Source: Candidatus Tectimicrobiota bacterium
GTDB lineage: Bacteria; JACPUC01
Length of the DNA: 37,634 nt
Direction: 5' to 3'
NCBI GenBank assembly: GCA_016192455.1
Contig: JACPUC010000023.1
Span: 1-37,634 of the forward strand
This document shows positions 1 to 10,118 of this stretch, in pieces. A program made the translations under genes and the position numbers. The first letter of the stretch is position 1. The number at the start of each line of letters is the position of its first letter. A model generated the notes under the pieces. That model saw only the letters and a program-made list of their open reading frames with translations. It made no database searches and was not told the origin of the DNA.

Positions 1-174
1 GAAGTCACCCTCCTCTCCCTCGCCCGCACCTACCAGCTTACCGCCTACGACGCTGCCTACCTCGAGCTGGCGCTGCGCACGGCATCCCCCCTGGCGACGT
101 TCGATGAGGAGCTGGTGAAGGCTGCTCCGGCCGCCGGCGTCACACTCTTCCTGCAACCGGGCGCGGCAGCGTAG
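1..174 (+). CDS. vapC: VapC/PIN-domain toxin, C-terminal part (truncated at window start)
   Basis: Frame 1, translated by hand (not in the ORF track): EVTLLSLARTYQLTAYDAAYLELALRTASPLATFDEELVKAAPAAGV...*. Contains the PIN motifs 'LTAYDAAYLELA' and 'LATFD'. Stop TAG at 172-174. Confidence 0.85.
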   Translation, partial: EVTLLSLARTYQLTAYDAAYLELALRTASPLATFDEELVKAAPAAGVTLFLQPGAAA

Positions 175-220
175 CCCGGCCCCGTCCCCCAAGCCACCGC
201 GGCTGCCCGCCACCCCACGC

Positions 221-1018
221 CTACCCGGCACTGGCATGGCTCATGTGGTGCCAGCGGATGAGGCGCCCCTCCAAGAGCACAAAGGCCGCGTTCAGCAGGT
301 AGCCAAGCACGGCGACCATGATGATGGCGGCGTACATCTCCGGGATGCGCAGCGCCGAGCGGTAGTCGACGATGAGGAAGCCCAGGCCGCTCCCCCCCAT
401 GAAAATCTCCACGAAGATGGCCAGGATGAGGGAGATGGTGAGGCTCAGTCGCAGGCCGGCCATGATGTACGGCAGCGCCGAGAAGAGGACGATGCGCCGA
501 AAGAGGCCGAAGCGCTGATAGCCGTAGGTGCGCGCCGTGTCCATGAGGATCGGGTCGATGCCGCGGACGCCGTCGAGGGCGTTCAGCAGGATGGGCCAGA
601 ACGACGCCCAGGCAATGACGAAGACCTGCATGCGCACGTTGATGCCGAGCACCAGGATGGCGATCGGCATGATGGCGATGGCCGGCACCGGCCGCAGGAG
701 TTCGACGAGCGGCTCGCTCACCTCGAAGAGGGGACGGGAGTGCCCGATCAGGAGCCCGCAGGGGATGGCGGCCACCAGGCTGAGGGCAAAGCCGAGCAGG
801 AGGCGGATGAGCGTCACCACGGTGTGGTACGGCAGCTCGCCGCTCCAGGTCATCTCCCCGAACGCCTGCAGCATCGAGCTGACGGCCGGGATATAGAAGG
901 CGACATCCTCGACGAGGTAGGTGACGATCTCCCAGCCGGCCAGCAGAAGAAGGACGAAGAGGAACCCGGAGAGTCTCGACTGCCGCGCAGCGAAGGCGCT
1001 CCACCCCGAGGTGCTCAT
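221..1018 (-). CDS. ABC transporter permease, NitT/TauT (SsuC/TauC) family
   Basis: Hydrophobic 265 aa; 'LRPVPAIA' and EAA-loop-like 'DTARTYG...LFRRIVLFSALPYIMAGLRLS', plus 'GLGFLI'. Confidence 0.92.
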   Translation of the reverse strand: MSTSGWSAFAARQSRLSGFLFVLLLLAGWEIVTYLVEDVAFYIPAVSSMLQAFGEMTWSGELPYHTVVTLIRLLLGFALSLVAAIPCGLLIGHSRPLFEVSEPLVELLRPVPAIAIMPIAILVLGINVRMQVFVIAWASFWPILLNALDGVRGIDPILMDTARTYGYQRFGLFRRIVLFSALPYIMAGLRLSLTISLILAIFVEIFMGGSGLGFLIVDYRSALRIPEMYAAIIMVAVLGYLLNAAFVLLEGRLIRWHHMSHASAG

Positions 1019-1064
1019 CGCGGCTGCTCCTGAGGGGCGGGCGCGCTCTCCCGGCGCGGCCTCG

Positions 1065-1856
1065 TCACGGCGCCGTCCCCGTGTCGGTCGAGCGCTGCAA
1101 GAGCTTGTGGATGTAGCGGCGGTAGTGCAAGAAGCGGGGATGCTCCCGCGAGCTGATCTGCTCGCGCGGCCGCTCGATCTCGATAGCGATGGTGTCGAGC
1201 ACCACGGAGGGGTTCTGGCAGAGCACGATCACCCGGTCGGAGAGGTAGATCGCCTCGTCGATGTCGTGCGTCACGAAGAGGATGGTGCGGGAGAACTTCT
1301 GCCAGACGCGCAGGAGGAGGTCCTCGAGCTCGGCGCGGGTCTGCGCATCGACCGAGGCGAACGGCTCGTCCATGAGCAGGATGTCCGGCCCGTTCGCCAG
1401 GCCGCGGGCGATGGCGACGCGCTGCTGCTGCCCGCCGGAGAGCTGCCAGGGGTAGACGTGCTCGAAACTGCTCAGCCCCACGTCGTTGAGCACCTCGCGG
1501 CCGCGCGGGCGGTGCTCGCTGCGTTTGATCTCGGGGCGATTCTCCATGCCGAAGATGACGTTGTCGAGGACGGTCTTCCAGGGCAGGAGAGTACGCCCGT
1601 ACTCCTGGAAAATGAGGGCCATCTCGCGGGGGGGCTGGGTCACCTCCTTGCCATAGAGGAGGATCTGACCGCCGCTGCGGGAGCGCAGCCCGGCGATGCA
1701 GGTGAGCAGCGTCGTCTTGCCGCAGCCAGAGGGTCCGACGATGGAAACGAACTCCCCCTTGCGCACCTCGAAGGTCACGTCACCCAGCGCCGCGAAGCTC
1801 TCCCGGTTCGGCACGTCGTAGCTCTTCTGGAGATGCTGAATCCGCAGCGCTTCCAT
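1065..1856 (-). CDS. ABC transporter ATP-binding protein, TauB/SsuB type
   Basis: Walker A GPSGCGKT, signature LSGGQQQR, Walker B LLMDEPF, H-loop VTHD. Confidence 0.95.
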   Translation of the reverse strand: MEALRIQHLQKSYDVPNRESFAALGDVTFEVRKGEFVSIVGPSGCGKTTLLTCIAGLRSRSGGQILLYGKEVTQPPREMALIFQEYGRTLLPWKTVLDNVIFGMENRPEIKRSEHRPRGREVLNDVGLSSFEHVYPWQLSGGQQQRVAIARGLANGPDILLMDEPFASVDAQTRAELEDLLLRVWQKFSRTILFVTHDIDEAIYLSDRVIVLCQNPSVVLDTIAIEIERPREQISSREHPRFLHYRRYIHKLLQRSTDTGTAP

Positions 1857-1976
1857 TCATCAGGTCCAGCGCCCGCGGGCGGCGCCACCCTCGTCAGGCG
1901 GCGCGCCGCCCAGCGGCGATCCCCTCACTGGCGTCTCCCGGCGTGACCCCGGCCGCGGCCTTCACCGCCGCCGCGC

Positions 1977-2966
1977 TCAACACTCCTTGGGGGAGTACTT
2001 TGAGAACAGCGTGCAGACGTCGAGGCTGCGCGGGATATGGTTGAACTTCGCCGCCACGTCGATGAACGACTGCAGATCGACCTTGCGCGCCACGCGCGTC
2101 AATCCCGGCTGGATCATCTTGCGCGCCAGGTCTTCCTTGATGCGGGCATTGCGCTCCATGATGCCCGGCAGGGCCTCGGGGTGTTCCATGAGCCACTGGG
2201 TGGCCTTGTCCAGCGCCCGCACGATGGCCTGCGCCTTCTGGGGGTTCTTCTCGATCCACGACTCCAGCGCCATGTACGCCACCACCAGCACCTGCGAACC
2301 CAGCGCCCCATGCGGGAAGCCGACGGAGCGCCCGATCTTCTGCCCCACGATGACGGCGATGGCCGGTTCGACCGCCAGCACCGCGTCGACCTGCTTCGAC
2401 TTCAGGCCCGGCACGATGCCCGCAAAGCCGAGCTCGACGATCTTCACCGCCTTCGGGTCAACGCCGTTCTTCTCCAACCAGTTGAAGATGCTCAGGTCGA
2501 TGGAGCTGCGCGCCGCCGCCACGCCGATCGACTTGCCGGCGAAATCCTTCACCGACTGGATGCCGGAGTCCAGCGGCACCATCATCTGGGAGTACGGATG
2601 CGTCGCGGAGATGATCACGCCGGGATAGATGATCTTGACGCTGATTCCCTTCAGGTTGATCTGGGCGATGTCCACGGTGTTCGTGAACCCCAGCTCAAAG
2701 GACCCCGACACGATCCCTTCCATGATCATGGCGCCGACGCGCGCCGGCTGATCCTCGATCTTCAGCCCCTCGGCCTTGAAGAAGCCCTGCTCCTTGGCGG
2801 CAAAGTACTGCACGCAGGCGGAGATGCTGAGGTAGCCCGCTTTCAGCGCGGCCTCCTGCGCCCACGCCCGGCGCGGCCATGGGCTCGTCAGCAGCGTGGA
2901 AGACAGGCCGGCGGCAAGGCCAAGCGACAAGACTTCGCGTCGTGTAAACGAGCTCTGCCATTCCAT
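1977..2966 (-). CDS. ABC substrate-binding protein (SsuA/THI5/NMT1-like) with twin-arginine signal peptide
   Basis: C-terminal 329 aa of the long track ORF. Start MEWQSSFTRREVL...AWAQ (Tat motif and AxA cleavage site) follows an AGGAAGGGG RBS; family motifs 'AKEQGFFKAEGL' and 'IQSVKDFAGKSIGV'. Confidence 0.88.
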   Translation of the reverse strand: MEWQSSFTRREVLSLGLAAGLSSTLLTSPWPRRAWAQEAALKAGYLSISACVQYFAAKEQGFFKAEGLKIEDQPARVGAMIMEGIVSGSFELGFTNTVDIAQINLKGISVKIIYPGVIISATHPYSQMMVPLDSGIQSVKDFAGKSIGVAAARSSIDLSIFNWLEKNGVDPKAVKIVELGFAGIVPGLKSKQVDAVLAVEPAIAVIVGQKIGRSVGFPHGALGSQVLVVAYMALESWIEKNPQKAQAIVRALDKATQWLMEHPEALPGIMERNARIKEDLARKMIQPGLTRVARKVDLQSFIDVAAKFNHIPRSLDVCTLFSKYSPKEC

Positions 2967-3124
2967 CGTCCAGACCCCCTTCCTGACACCCCCGCGCACC
3001 TTCCCGCTGCCGGCGGCCGATCCTCCCGGCATCTGGCGCCGCCGGCAGCCTCGCGGCAGCCCGTGACCGCCACGCTCCCCGGCGGAGAGTGCTCTGCACC
3101 CCGGTGAGTAGCTCCTGAGGGTGT

Positions 3125-3212
3125 ACCATACTCCCGCGTCGGATTCCACGCAAACCCCTCCCCAACGCCGCGGCGCCGCGCCTTGTGTCGCGTGGCGCTC
3201 ACGGGGTATAAG
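3125..3212. promoter_or_regulatory. Divergent sigma70-like promoters between the SBP gene and hydantoinase A
   Basis: Minus strand TTGCGT-17bp-TATGGT (3153..3125); plus strand TTGTGT-18bp-TATAAG (3183..3212). Motif match only. Confidence 0.4.
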
Positions 3213-3350
3213 AGGCGAGGAGAGAGGTGGCCGAGGAGACGTTGCCGGGAGGGGCCCGCGCCTGGCGCACCCTGCCTGGCGACGGGTGCCCGAAGCAACA
3301 TCGCCCGACGACGCAGCGAAAGGCCGGGGACGGCGGACCGAGGTTGATCG

Positions 3351-5408
3351 ATGCACATCGCGACGGATATCGGCGGCACCTTTACGGACGTGGCGGCGTA
3401 TGACCCGGCCAGCGGACGGCTGCTGCTGGGCAAATGGTCGACGACGCCGCGGCAGCTCACGGAAGGGCTGTTCACCGCCATCGGCGACTCCGGTGCGGCG
3501 CTGCGCGAGGCGGACCTCTTGATCCACGGCTCCACGCTGGTGGTGAACGCCATCCTCGAGCAGCGCGGCGCCAAAACCGCTCTCATCACCACCAAGGGGT
3601 TCCGCGACATCTACGAGATCGGGCGCATCAACCGGCCTGAGTCGTTCAACCTCTTCTTCCGCAAGCACGTCCCCCTCATCCCGCGCTACCTGCGGTTCGA
3701 GCTGAACGAGCGCCTGAACGCCCAGGGGGAGGTGCTCATCCCTTTCGACGAGGCGGAAGCGCGCGAGCTGGCGCGACGCATCGTGCGCCAGGGGGTGGAG
3801 GCCGTGGCCGTCCTCTTCCTGCACTCGTACTGCAACCCCGAGCACGAGGCGCGCATGAAAGCGATCCTCGAGGAGGAGGCGCCGCACCTCTACGTCAGCG
3901 CCTCGCACGAACTGTCGCGCGAGTACTACGAGTACGAGCGCACCTCGACGGTGGCGGCGAACGCCTACGTCGGCCCCATGGTGCGCGCCTACCTGCGGGA
4001 CCTCGAGGCCCGCGGCAGCCGCGAGGGGCTGCGCGGCCGCGTCATGATCGTGCAGTCGAACGGCGGCCTGGTGGACACCACGACGGCCACCACCGCCTGC
4101 ATCGGCATGCTCGAGTCCGGCCCGGCGGCGGGGGTGAGCGGCGCCAACGCCCTGGGGCGCAGCCTCGGCCTGGAGAACCTCATCTGCTTCGATATGGGGG
4201 GAACGACGGCGAAGGCGTGCGTCATCGAGGGGGGCCTGCCGCGCATGGCGAGCGACTACTTCCTCGGCGGCTACACCAGCGGCCTGGCGATCCGCATCCC
4301 GTCGATGGACATCCACGAGGTGGGGATGGGCGGCGGCAGCATCGCGCGGCTCGAGGGGGGGCGCCTGCTGCACGTCGGGCCGCAGTCCGCGGGCGCCGAC
4401 CCGGGGCCGGTGTGCTACGGGCGCGGCGGCCGGGAGCCGACGGTGACCGACGCCAACGTCATCCTCAACCGCCTCGACCCGCGGCGCTTCCTCGGCGGCG
4501 CCATGCCGCTCGACGCGGCGGCGGCCCGGCGCGCCCTGCGGGAGCGCGTGGCGCATCCCCTCGGCCTGAACGTCGAACGCGCCGCCCAGGGGATCATCGA
4601 GATCGCCAGCGCCGGCATGGCGAACGCGGTGCGCGCCGCCACCACGCAGCGCGGCCTCGACCCGCGCGACTTCACGCTGGTGGCCTATGGCGGGGCGGGG
4701 CCGCTGCACGTCTCCGCCGTGGCCCGCGAGCTCCACATCCCGCGGGTGCTCGTGCCCCAGGCGCCGGGGCACTTCTCGGCCCTCGGCATGCTGCTTGCCG
4801 ATCTGCGCTACGATGCCGTGCGCACCTTCCTGACGCCGCTCAGCGACGGCCGCTGGGCCGAGGTGGAGAAGATCTACCAGGAGCTGGCCGCCGAGTGCGT
4901 CGAGGTGCTGCGGCGCGGCACTACGCCGACGGAGAGCCTCAGCGTCCTGCGCTTCGCGGACATGCGCTACGTGGGGCAGCAGTACACCGTCCTGGTCCCC
5001 ATCCCCGGCGACCTTACCCTCGCCGCCGCCCAGGCGGAGGTGAAGCGCCGCCTCGACGCCGTGCACGAGCAGCGCTTCAGCCACAGCGCCCCGGCGGAGC
5101 CGGCGGAGTTCGTCACCCTGCGCGTCAGCGTCAGCGGCGCCATCCCCCGGCCGACGCTGCCGCTCCTCCCCCTCGGCGATCCCGAACCGCCTGCCGCCGC
5201 CCTGCGCGGCCGCCGCGGCATCGTCTTCGCCGACAGCGTCGAGCCGCTCGAGTCGCCGGTCTACGCGCGCGAGGCGCTCCTCGCCGGCAACTGCGTCACT
5301 GGTCCCGCCGTCATCGAGGAGCCGGCCAGCACCACGCTCCTCTTCGCCGGCGACCGCGCCGTCGTCAACGAGGTTGGACTCCTCCTCATCGAGGTGGCGC
5401 AAGGATGA
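3351..5408 (+). CDS. hyuA: Hydantoinase A / 5-oxoprolinase (ATP-hydrolysing) family subunit
   Basis: Motifs [75 protein letters not shown]. Confidence 0.93.
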   Translation: [685 protein letters not shown]

Positions 5409-7219
5409 CCCGAGCCTTCTCCCAGCCCGGCTCCGCCCCTGCCGACCGCGGCTTCAGCGGCGCCGACCTGCGGACGAGCGTCGACCCGATCACCACGGAA
5501 GTGGTGCGCAATGCCGTCGTCGCCATCACCGACGAGATGAAGACGAACCTCATGCGCACCGCCTACAACCCCATCATCTACGATGCGCTCGATTTCACCG
5601 TCGGCCTCTTCGACGCGCAGGGGAACACCATCTCCATCGGCCTGGGGCTGCCGATGTTCATCCGCGGCCTCTCCGACACGGTCCGCGCCAAGCTGGCGCA
5701 CTTCCAGCGGCCGGGTGGCGAGGGGATCAAGCCGGGGGACATCCTGCTCACCAACGACGCCTACATCGTCGGCAGCCACCTGAACCACATGGTCTTCAGC
5801 CTGCCCATCTTCTTCGACGGCGAGCTGGTGGCCTTCGCCGCCTCCATGGCCCACTGGCAGGACATCGGCGGCACCCTCAGCGGCACCACCACCGACATCT
5901 ACTCCGAAGGGCTGCAGCTCCCCATCGTGAAAATCTACAAGGAGGGCAGGCTCGATACCGAGCTGACCGACATCATCCGCGCCAACGTCCGCTTCCCGGA
6001 CCTCGCCATGGGGGATTTCCGGGCCCAGATCGCCGCCGTGCGCACCGGCGAGAAGCGCATCCTCGGACTGCTCGCGCGCTACGGCAAAACGGAGGTCTTC
6101 GAGGTGCTGCGCGCCATCATGGACTTCAGCGAGCAGCAGGCGCGCCGCGCCGTCGCCGCCATCCCCGACGGCGTCTACGAAGCGGAGTCGTTCATGGATG
6201 ACGACGGCGTGGTTGTCGGCAAGCGCATCCCGCTGAAGGTGAAGGTGGAGGTTGAGGGCGAGCGCATGCGCATCGACTTCACGGAGGTCAGCCGGCAGGT
6301 GAGCGGCTACTTCAACTCCGGCTCCACCGCCGGCCGCTCCGCCGCCGAGGTGGCCTTCAAGTGCGTCACCTCGCCGCTCCTCCTGCCGATCAACGAGGGG
6401 AGCTTCCGGCCGCTCGAGCTGATCCTGCCGCCGGGGCGCGTCGTCAGCGCCCTGAAGCCGGCCGCCATGCGCTGGTGGATGACCATCCCGATGACCCTCG
6501 TCGATACGGTCATCCGCGCCCTGGCGCCGGCGCTGCCGCGGCACGTCGCCGCCGGCCACCATGCCGACCTCCTCGTCTCCACGCTCTACGGCGTCAACCC
6601 GCGCAGCGGCCGCTTCTTCCTAGGAACCACGGCCCCCCCCGGCGGCGGCTGGGGAGCCAAGCACAACGAGGACGGCATGTGCGTCACGGTCTGCATCAAC
6701 GACGGCGACACGCACAACGCCTCCGTCGAGTCCACCGAGGCGCGCCTGCCGATCATCGTCGAGGAGTACGGCTTGCGTCCCGACTCCGGGGGCGCCGGGC
6801 GGCAGCGCGGCGGCCTGGGGATGGTGCGGTCGGTGCGCGTCCTTGGCGAAGCCCGGGTCAACACCCATATCGAGCGCACGCAATGCGCCCCCTGGGGGTT
6901 GTACGGCGGGCGCGACGGCCTGTCGAACGAGGTCTACATCCGCCGCGCCGACGGGCGCATCGAGCGACCGCCAAACGGCAAGCTCTCCTCCGAGATTCTG
7001 AAGGCCGGCGACGCCTACGTCGTCGTCGGGGGGGGCGGCGGCGGCTACGGCGATCCACGGCAGCGCGATCCCGCGCGCCTCTTGGATGACGTGCGCAACG
7101 GCTACGTCTCGCGCGACAGCGCGGTGCGCGACTACGGCATCGATCCGGGCAGCGCCGGCCTCGAGGAACCCGAGGCCGAGGGAGGCGCAGCGAACGGCGG
7201 CGGGGCGCAGGATCGGTAG
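5405..7219 (+). CDS. hyuB: Hydantoinase B / oxoprolinase family subunit
   Basis: ATG at 5405 overlaps the hyuA stop (ATGA). Motifs 'DPITTEVVRN', 'TNDAYIVGSHLNH', 'HWQDIGG', 'DSGGAGRQRGGLG', 'GGGGGYGDP', 'DVRNGYVS'. Confidence 0.93.
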   Translation: MTRAFSQPGSAPADRGFSGADLRTSVDPITTEVVRNAVVAITDEMKTNLMRTAYNPIIYDALDFTVGLFDAQGNTISIGLGLPMFIRGLSDTVRAKLAHFQRPGGEGIKPGDILLTNDAYIVGSHLNHMVFSLPIFFDGELVAFAASMAHWQDIGGTLSGTTTDIYSEGLQLPIVKIYKEGRLDTELTDIIRANVRFPDLAMGDFRAQIAAVRTGEKRILGLLARYGKTEVFEVLRAIMDFSEQQARRAVAAIPDGVYEAESFMDDDGVVVGKRIPLKVKVEVEGERMRIDFTEVSRQVSGYFNSGSTAGRSAAEVAFKCVTSPLLLPINEGSFRPLELILPPGRVVSALKPAAMRWWMTIPMTLVDTVIRALAPALPRHVAAGHHADLLVSTLYGVNPRSGRFFLGTTAPPGGGWGAKHNEDGMCVTVCINDGDTHNASVESTEARLPIIVEEYGLRPDSGGAGRQRGGLGMVRSVRVLGEARVNTHIERTQCAPWGLYGGRDGLSNEVYIRRADGRIERPPNGKLSSEILKAGDAYVVVGGGGGGYGDPRQRDPARLLDDVRNGYVSRDSAVRDYGIDPGSAGLEEPEAEGGAANGGGAQDR

Positions 7220-7285
7220 TGGTACGTCGCACAAATTCCAGTCTAAATTCGACGCCTTCTTCGTGCCATGTGGGGGGGGGAAGTT

Positions 7286-7381
7286 TGTGGGGGACCCTTG
7301 CTCCCCCACACCCCCAAGCCCCGCGAGCTGCTACGCAGCTCGCGTAATTGGGGTGCGCGAGGGGGCGAGGCTCCCTCGCAG
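7286..7381. repeat. Composite intergenic repeat (two conserved arms around a hairpin); homologous in inverted orientation to 33980..34077
   Basis: Arms TGGGGGACC.T.GCTCCCCCACACCCCCA and GGGGTGCGCGAGGGGGC..GG.TCCCTCGCA are shared with the reverse complement of 33980..34077. Central hairpin here is CGCGAGCTGC-TAC-GCAGCTCGCG. Confidence 0.75.
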
Positions 7382-7405
7382 AAATACATTGAGATAACTT
7401 CGGAG

Positions 7406-8188
7406 CTACTCCTCCTCCGTCGCCTTGTCTTCCGCCCCGGCGGCGCCGCGCTTCGCAGCGTTCGTCGCTCCCTCCACGACAATGGTGATCTCGCCGCGCC
7501 AGGCGCGCCGCGCCGCTTCCGCCGCCAGTTCCGGCAGGCGGCCCCGCCAGAACTCCTCGTGCAGCTTTGTCAGCTCCCGCGCCACGACCACGCGCCGCTC
7601 GCCCAGCGCCGCGGCGAGATCAACCACGCAGCGAGCCATGCGGTGCGGCGATTCGTAAAAGATGAGCGTCGCCGGCACCTGCCGCAGCGCCTCCAGGCGA
7701 CGCCGGCGCGCCCCTGGCTTGACGGGCAGGAAGCCCTCGAAGAGGAAGCGGTGGGTGGGAAGCCCCGAGGCGGCGAGGGCGGCAAGGAGCGCCGACGGCC
7801 CGGGAACGGGCACGATGCGGATGCCGGCCGCGGCGGCGGCGCTGACCACGCGGTAGCCGGGGTCCGCAATGCCGGGAGTGCCGGCGTCGGATACCAGGGC
7901 GATCTCCCGCCCCTCCTGAAGCATGGTGACGAGCTGCGCCGCCCGCCGCGCCTCGATGTGCTCGTGGTAGCTCACCAGGGGCTTGCTCAGCCCATGGTGC
8001 GTCAGGAGCTTGCGCGTGTGGCGGGTATCCTCGGCGGCGATGAGGTCGACGCGGCGCAGCGTCTCCAGCGCCCGCAGGGTGATGTCCTGCAGGTTGCCGA
8101 TGGGCGTGGCGACGAGGTAGAGCGTGCCGGGCTGCCGGCCGGGCTGCTGCTCAGGCTTCTGCTCGCTGGGCCGCGGGATGCGTCTCAT
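7406..8188 (-). CDS. rsmI: 16S rRNA (cytidine1402-2'-O)-methyltransferase
   Basis: GTLYLVATPIGNLQDITLRA, AEDTR, LVSDAGTPGIADPG, FYESPHR, ARELTKLHEE. Confidence 0.95.
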   Translation of the reverse strand: MRRIPRPSEQKPEQQPGRQPGTLYLVATPIGNLQDITLRALETLRRVDLIAAEDTRHTRKLLTHHGLSKPLVSYHEHIEARRAAQLVTMLQEGREIALVSDAGTPGIADPGYRVVSAAAAAGIRIVPVPGPSALLAALAASGLPTHRFLFEGFLPVKPGARRRRLEALRQVPATLIFYESPHRMARCVVDLAAALGERRVVVARELTKLHEEFWRGRLPELAAEAARRAWRGEITIVVEGATNAAKRGAAGAEDKATEEE

Positions 8189-8243
8189 GCGCGCTGGTCA
8201 GACTGGTGCGGTGGGGTGAAGGAGGGGGAGACGCGGCGGCGGG

Positions 8244-9080
8244 CTACCGCCCCCAGTCGCGCGCGTAGCGGAAGTCGCGATCAATGGTGCGCTCGGAGAC
8301 CTTGGCGATGAGCGGCGGGCGGCGCTTGAACTGGTTGGCCCGCACCCGCTCGGCGACGCGCGCCACGAAGAGGGCGTCAAACCCCGCCTCGACGAGATCC
8401 TCGCTGCTGTAGCGCTGATCGACGTAGAGGTAGAGGAGGCGGTCCACCTCGTCGTAGGTGAAGCCCAGCTCCGCCTCGTCGGACTGGCCGAGCCAAAGGT
8501 CGGCGCTCGGCGTTTTCGCCACGATCGGCGCCGGCACCCCCATGGCCTTGGCGAGCTGGCGCACCTGCGTCTTGTAGATGTCGCCGATGGGATTGAGCGC
8601 CGAGGCCATATCGCCGTAGAGCGTGCCGTAGCCGAGGAGCAGCTCGGTCTTGTTGCTGGTGCCGAGCACCAGGGCGCGCGCCACGGCCGACTGGTCGTAG
8701 AGGATGGTCATGCGCTCGCGCGCCATCTTGTTGCCGCGGCGCATCTGGTCGGCCTCGGGAAAGGCGCCGAAGTAGGCGTCGATCATCGGCGTGATGTCGA
8801 TGACGCGATGCTCGATGCCGAGGTCGCCCACCACCCGCAGGGCATCCTCCTTGCTCTCCGGGTTGCTCGTCTTGTACGGCATGAGGATGCCGACGACGTT
8901 CTCGCGCCCCAGCGCCGCCGCGGCGATATAGGTGGAGAGCGCCGAGTCGATGCCGCCGGAGATGCCGACGACGACGCGCTCCATCCCGACCTTGCGCACC
9001 TCGTTGGCGACGAAGCCGACGAGCAGCTTCTCCACCAGGGCGGTATTGATCGTCAGGTTCACCTCCGTCGCCCGGATCAT
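8244..9080 (-). CDS. nadE: NAD+ synthetase, synthetase domain only
   Basis: GISGGIDSA (PP-loop), [41 protein letters not shown]. Confidence 0.95.
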   Translation of the reverse strand: MIRATEVNLTINTALVEKLLVGFVANEVRKVGMERVVVGISGGIDSALSTYIAAAALGRENVVGILMPYKTSNPESKEDALRVVGDLGIEHRVIDITPMIDAYFGAFPEADQMRRGNKMARERMTILYDQSAVARALVLGTSNKTELLLGYGTLYGDMASALNPIGDIYKTQVRQLAKAMGVPAPIVAKTPSADLWLGQSDEAELGFTYDEVDRLLYLYVDQRYSSEDLVEAGFDALFVARVAERVRANQFKRRPPLIAKVSERTIDRDFRYARDWGR

Positions 9081-9928
9081 GCGTAGCGCTCCCCAGCCAG
9101 GCGCTGCAGCTCGCGCAGGGTCAGGGCCAGGTCTTCATCGCGCAGCAGCGTGTTGAAGAAGCGCAGCCGGCGCACCTCGGCCGTGTCGATGGCGGCCACG
9201 GCGAAATCGTCCTGCAGGTACTCCGCCTTCACGACGGTGCCGCCGTCGGGACCCACCACCTCGGAACCGCCCCAGAAGTTGATGCCATCCTCGTAGCCGA
9301 CGCGGTTGGCGAAGCAGACGAAGAGGCTGAACATCTTTGCGTAGAAGCGGTTGATCGCCTCCCAGGTGCTGGAGATGCCGAGGCGCTCGGGATCGCCCAC
9401 GCCGCGCCCCGGGCTGCTGGACGGCGCCAGGATCATCCGCGCCCCGCCCACCCAGGCGAGGTAGGCCGCCGACGGATGCCAGAGGTCCTCGCAGAGGAGC
9501 ATGGCCAGGCGGCCGAACTTGGTGTCGAAGGTGCGCACGCGGTCGCCGCGCGCCAGGTAGCGGTGCTCGTCGAAGATGCCGTAGGTGGGCAGGTAGACCT
9601 TGCGATGCACGTGGCGCAGGGCGCCCTCCTCAAAGTAGCAGCAGGCGTTGTAGTAGAGGTGCTCGGGGGACTCCTCGACCAGCCCCACGACGAAGGAGAG
9701 GTCGCGGCTCTCGTCCGCGAGCCGCCGCAGGAGGGGGCTGTCGCGGCGCTGCGCCACCGTCGGCACCAGGTCTTTCAGGTAGTAGCCGGTGAGGCTCAGC
9801 TCCGGGAAGAGGAGGAGGTCGACCTGCTCCTGGCGCGCCTTCGCCAGCGCCTCGAGGCAGAGCTCGAGGTTGCGGTCCAGCCGCCCCAGCGCCGGTGTGA
9901 TCTGCGCCAGCCCGACGCGCAGCTTCAT
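9077..9928 (-). CDS. Nitrilase/carbon-nitrogen hydrolase; probable stand-alone glutaminase subunit of NAD synthetase
   Basis: E-K-C triad motifs [30 protein letters not shown]. Its stop overlaps the nadE start by 4 bp. Start placed at MKLRVGLAQ. Confidence 0.88.
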   Translation of the reverse strand: MKLRVGLAQITPALGRLDRNLELCLEALAKARQEQVDLLLFPELSLTGYYLKDLVPTVAQRRDSPLLRRLADESRDLSFVVGLVEESPEHLYYNACCYFEEGALRHVHRKVYLPTYGIFDEHRYLARGDRVRTFDTKFGRLAMLLCEDLWHPSAAYLAWVGGARMILAPSSSPGRGVGDPERLGISSTWEAINRFYAKMFSLFVCFANRVGYEDGINFWGGSEVVGPDGGTVVKAEYLQDDFAVAAIDTAEVRRLRFFNTLLRDEDLALTLRELQRLAGERYA

Positions 9929-10027
9929 GGTGGAACCCTCGCCCGGATATTCCGCGGACAGCAGGTGCGCCGCGGCAGGCAACGGCAGCGCGGGACTCAT
10001 GTGCCGCGCCATCGCCGCTCCCTCGGC

Positions 10028-10061
10028 ATTATACAATAGAGGAGGCGGGGAGGCGGGTCAA
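10028..10061 (-). promoter_or_regulatory. Probable sigma70 promoter of the glutaminase-nadE-rsmI operon
   Basis: Minus strand TTGACC-17bp-TATTGT, overlapping a perfect TATAAT, in an otherwise GC-rich context. Confidence 0.5.
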
Positions 10062-10118
10062 TTGTCTTGGGGCGGGGCGGGCGCGGGCGGTTTAAGGTCG
10101 AGGCCCGGCTGTTGTTCT

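Noticed and set aside
2967..5402. N-terminal ~810 aa of the 1141-aa minus-strand ORF, and the 4217..5404 extension of the hyuB ORF
   Set aside because: These overlap hyuA antisense or out of frame with low-complexity R/G/A/P composition; real starts with RBS or coupling are at 2966 and 5405.
7272..7280. G9 tract as a phase-variation switch
   Set aside because: Lies between convergent gene ends next to a repeat element, not in a coding region or promoter.
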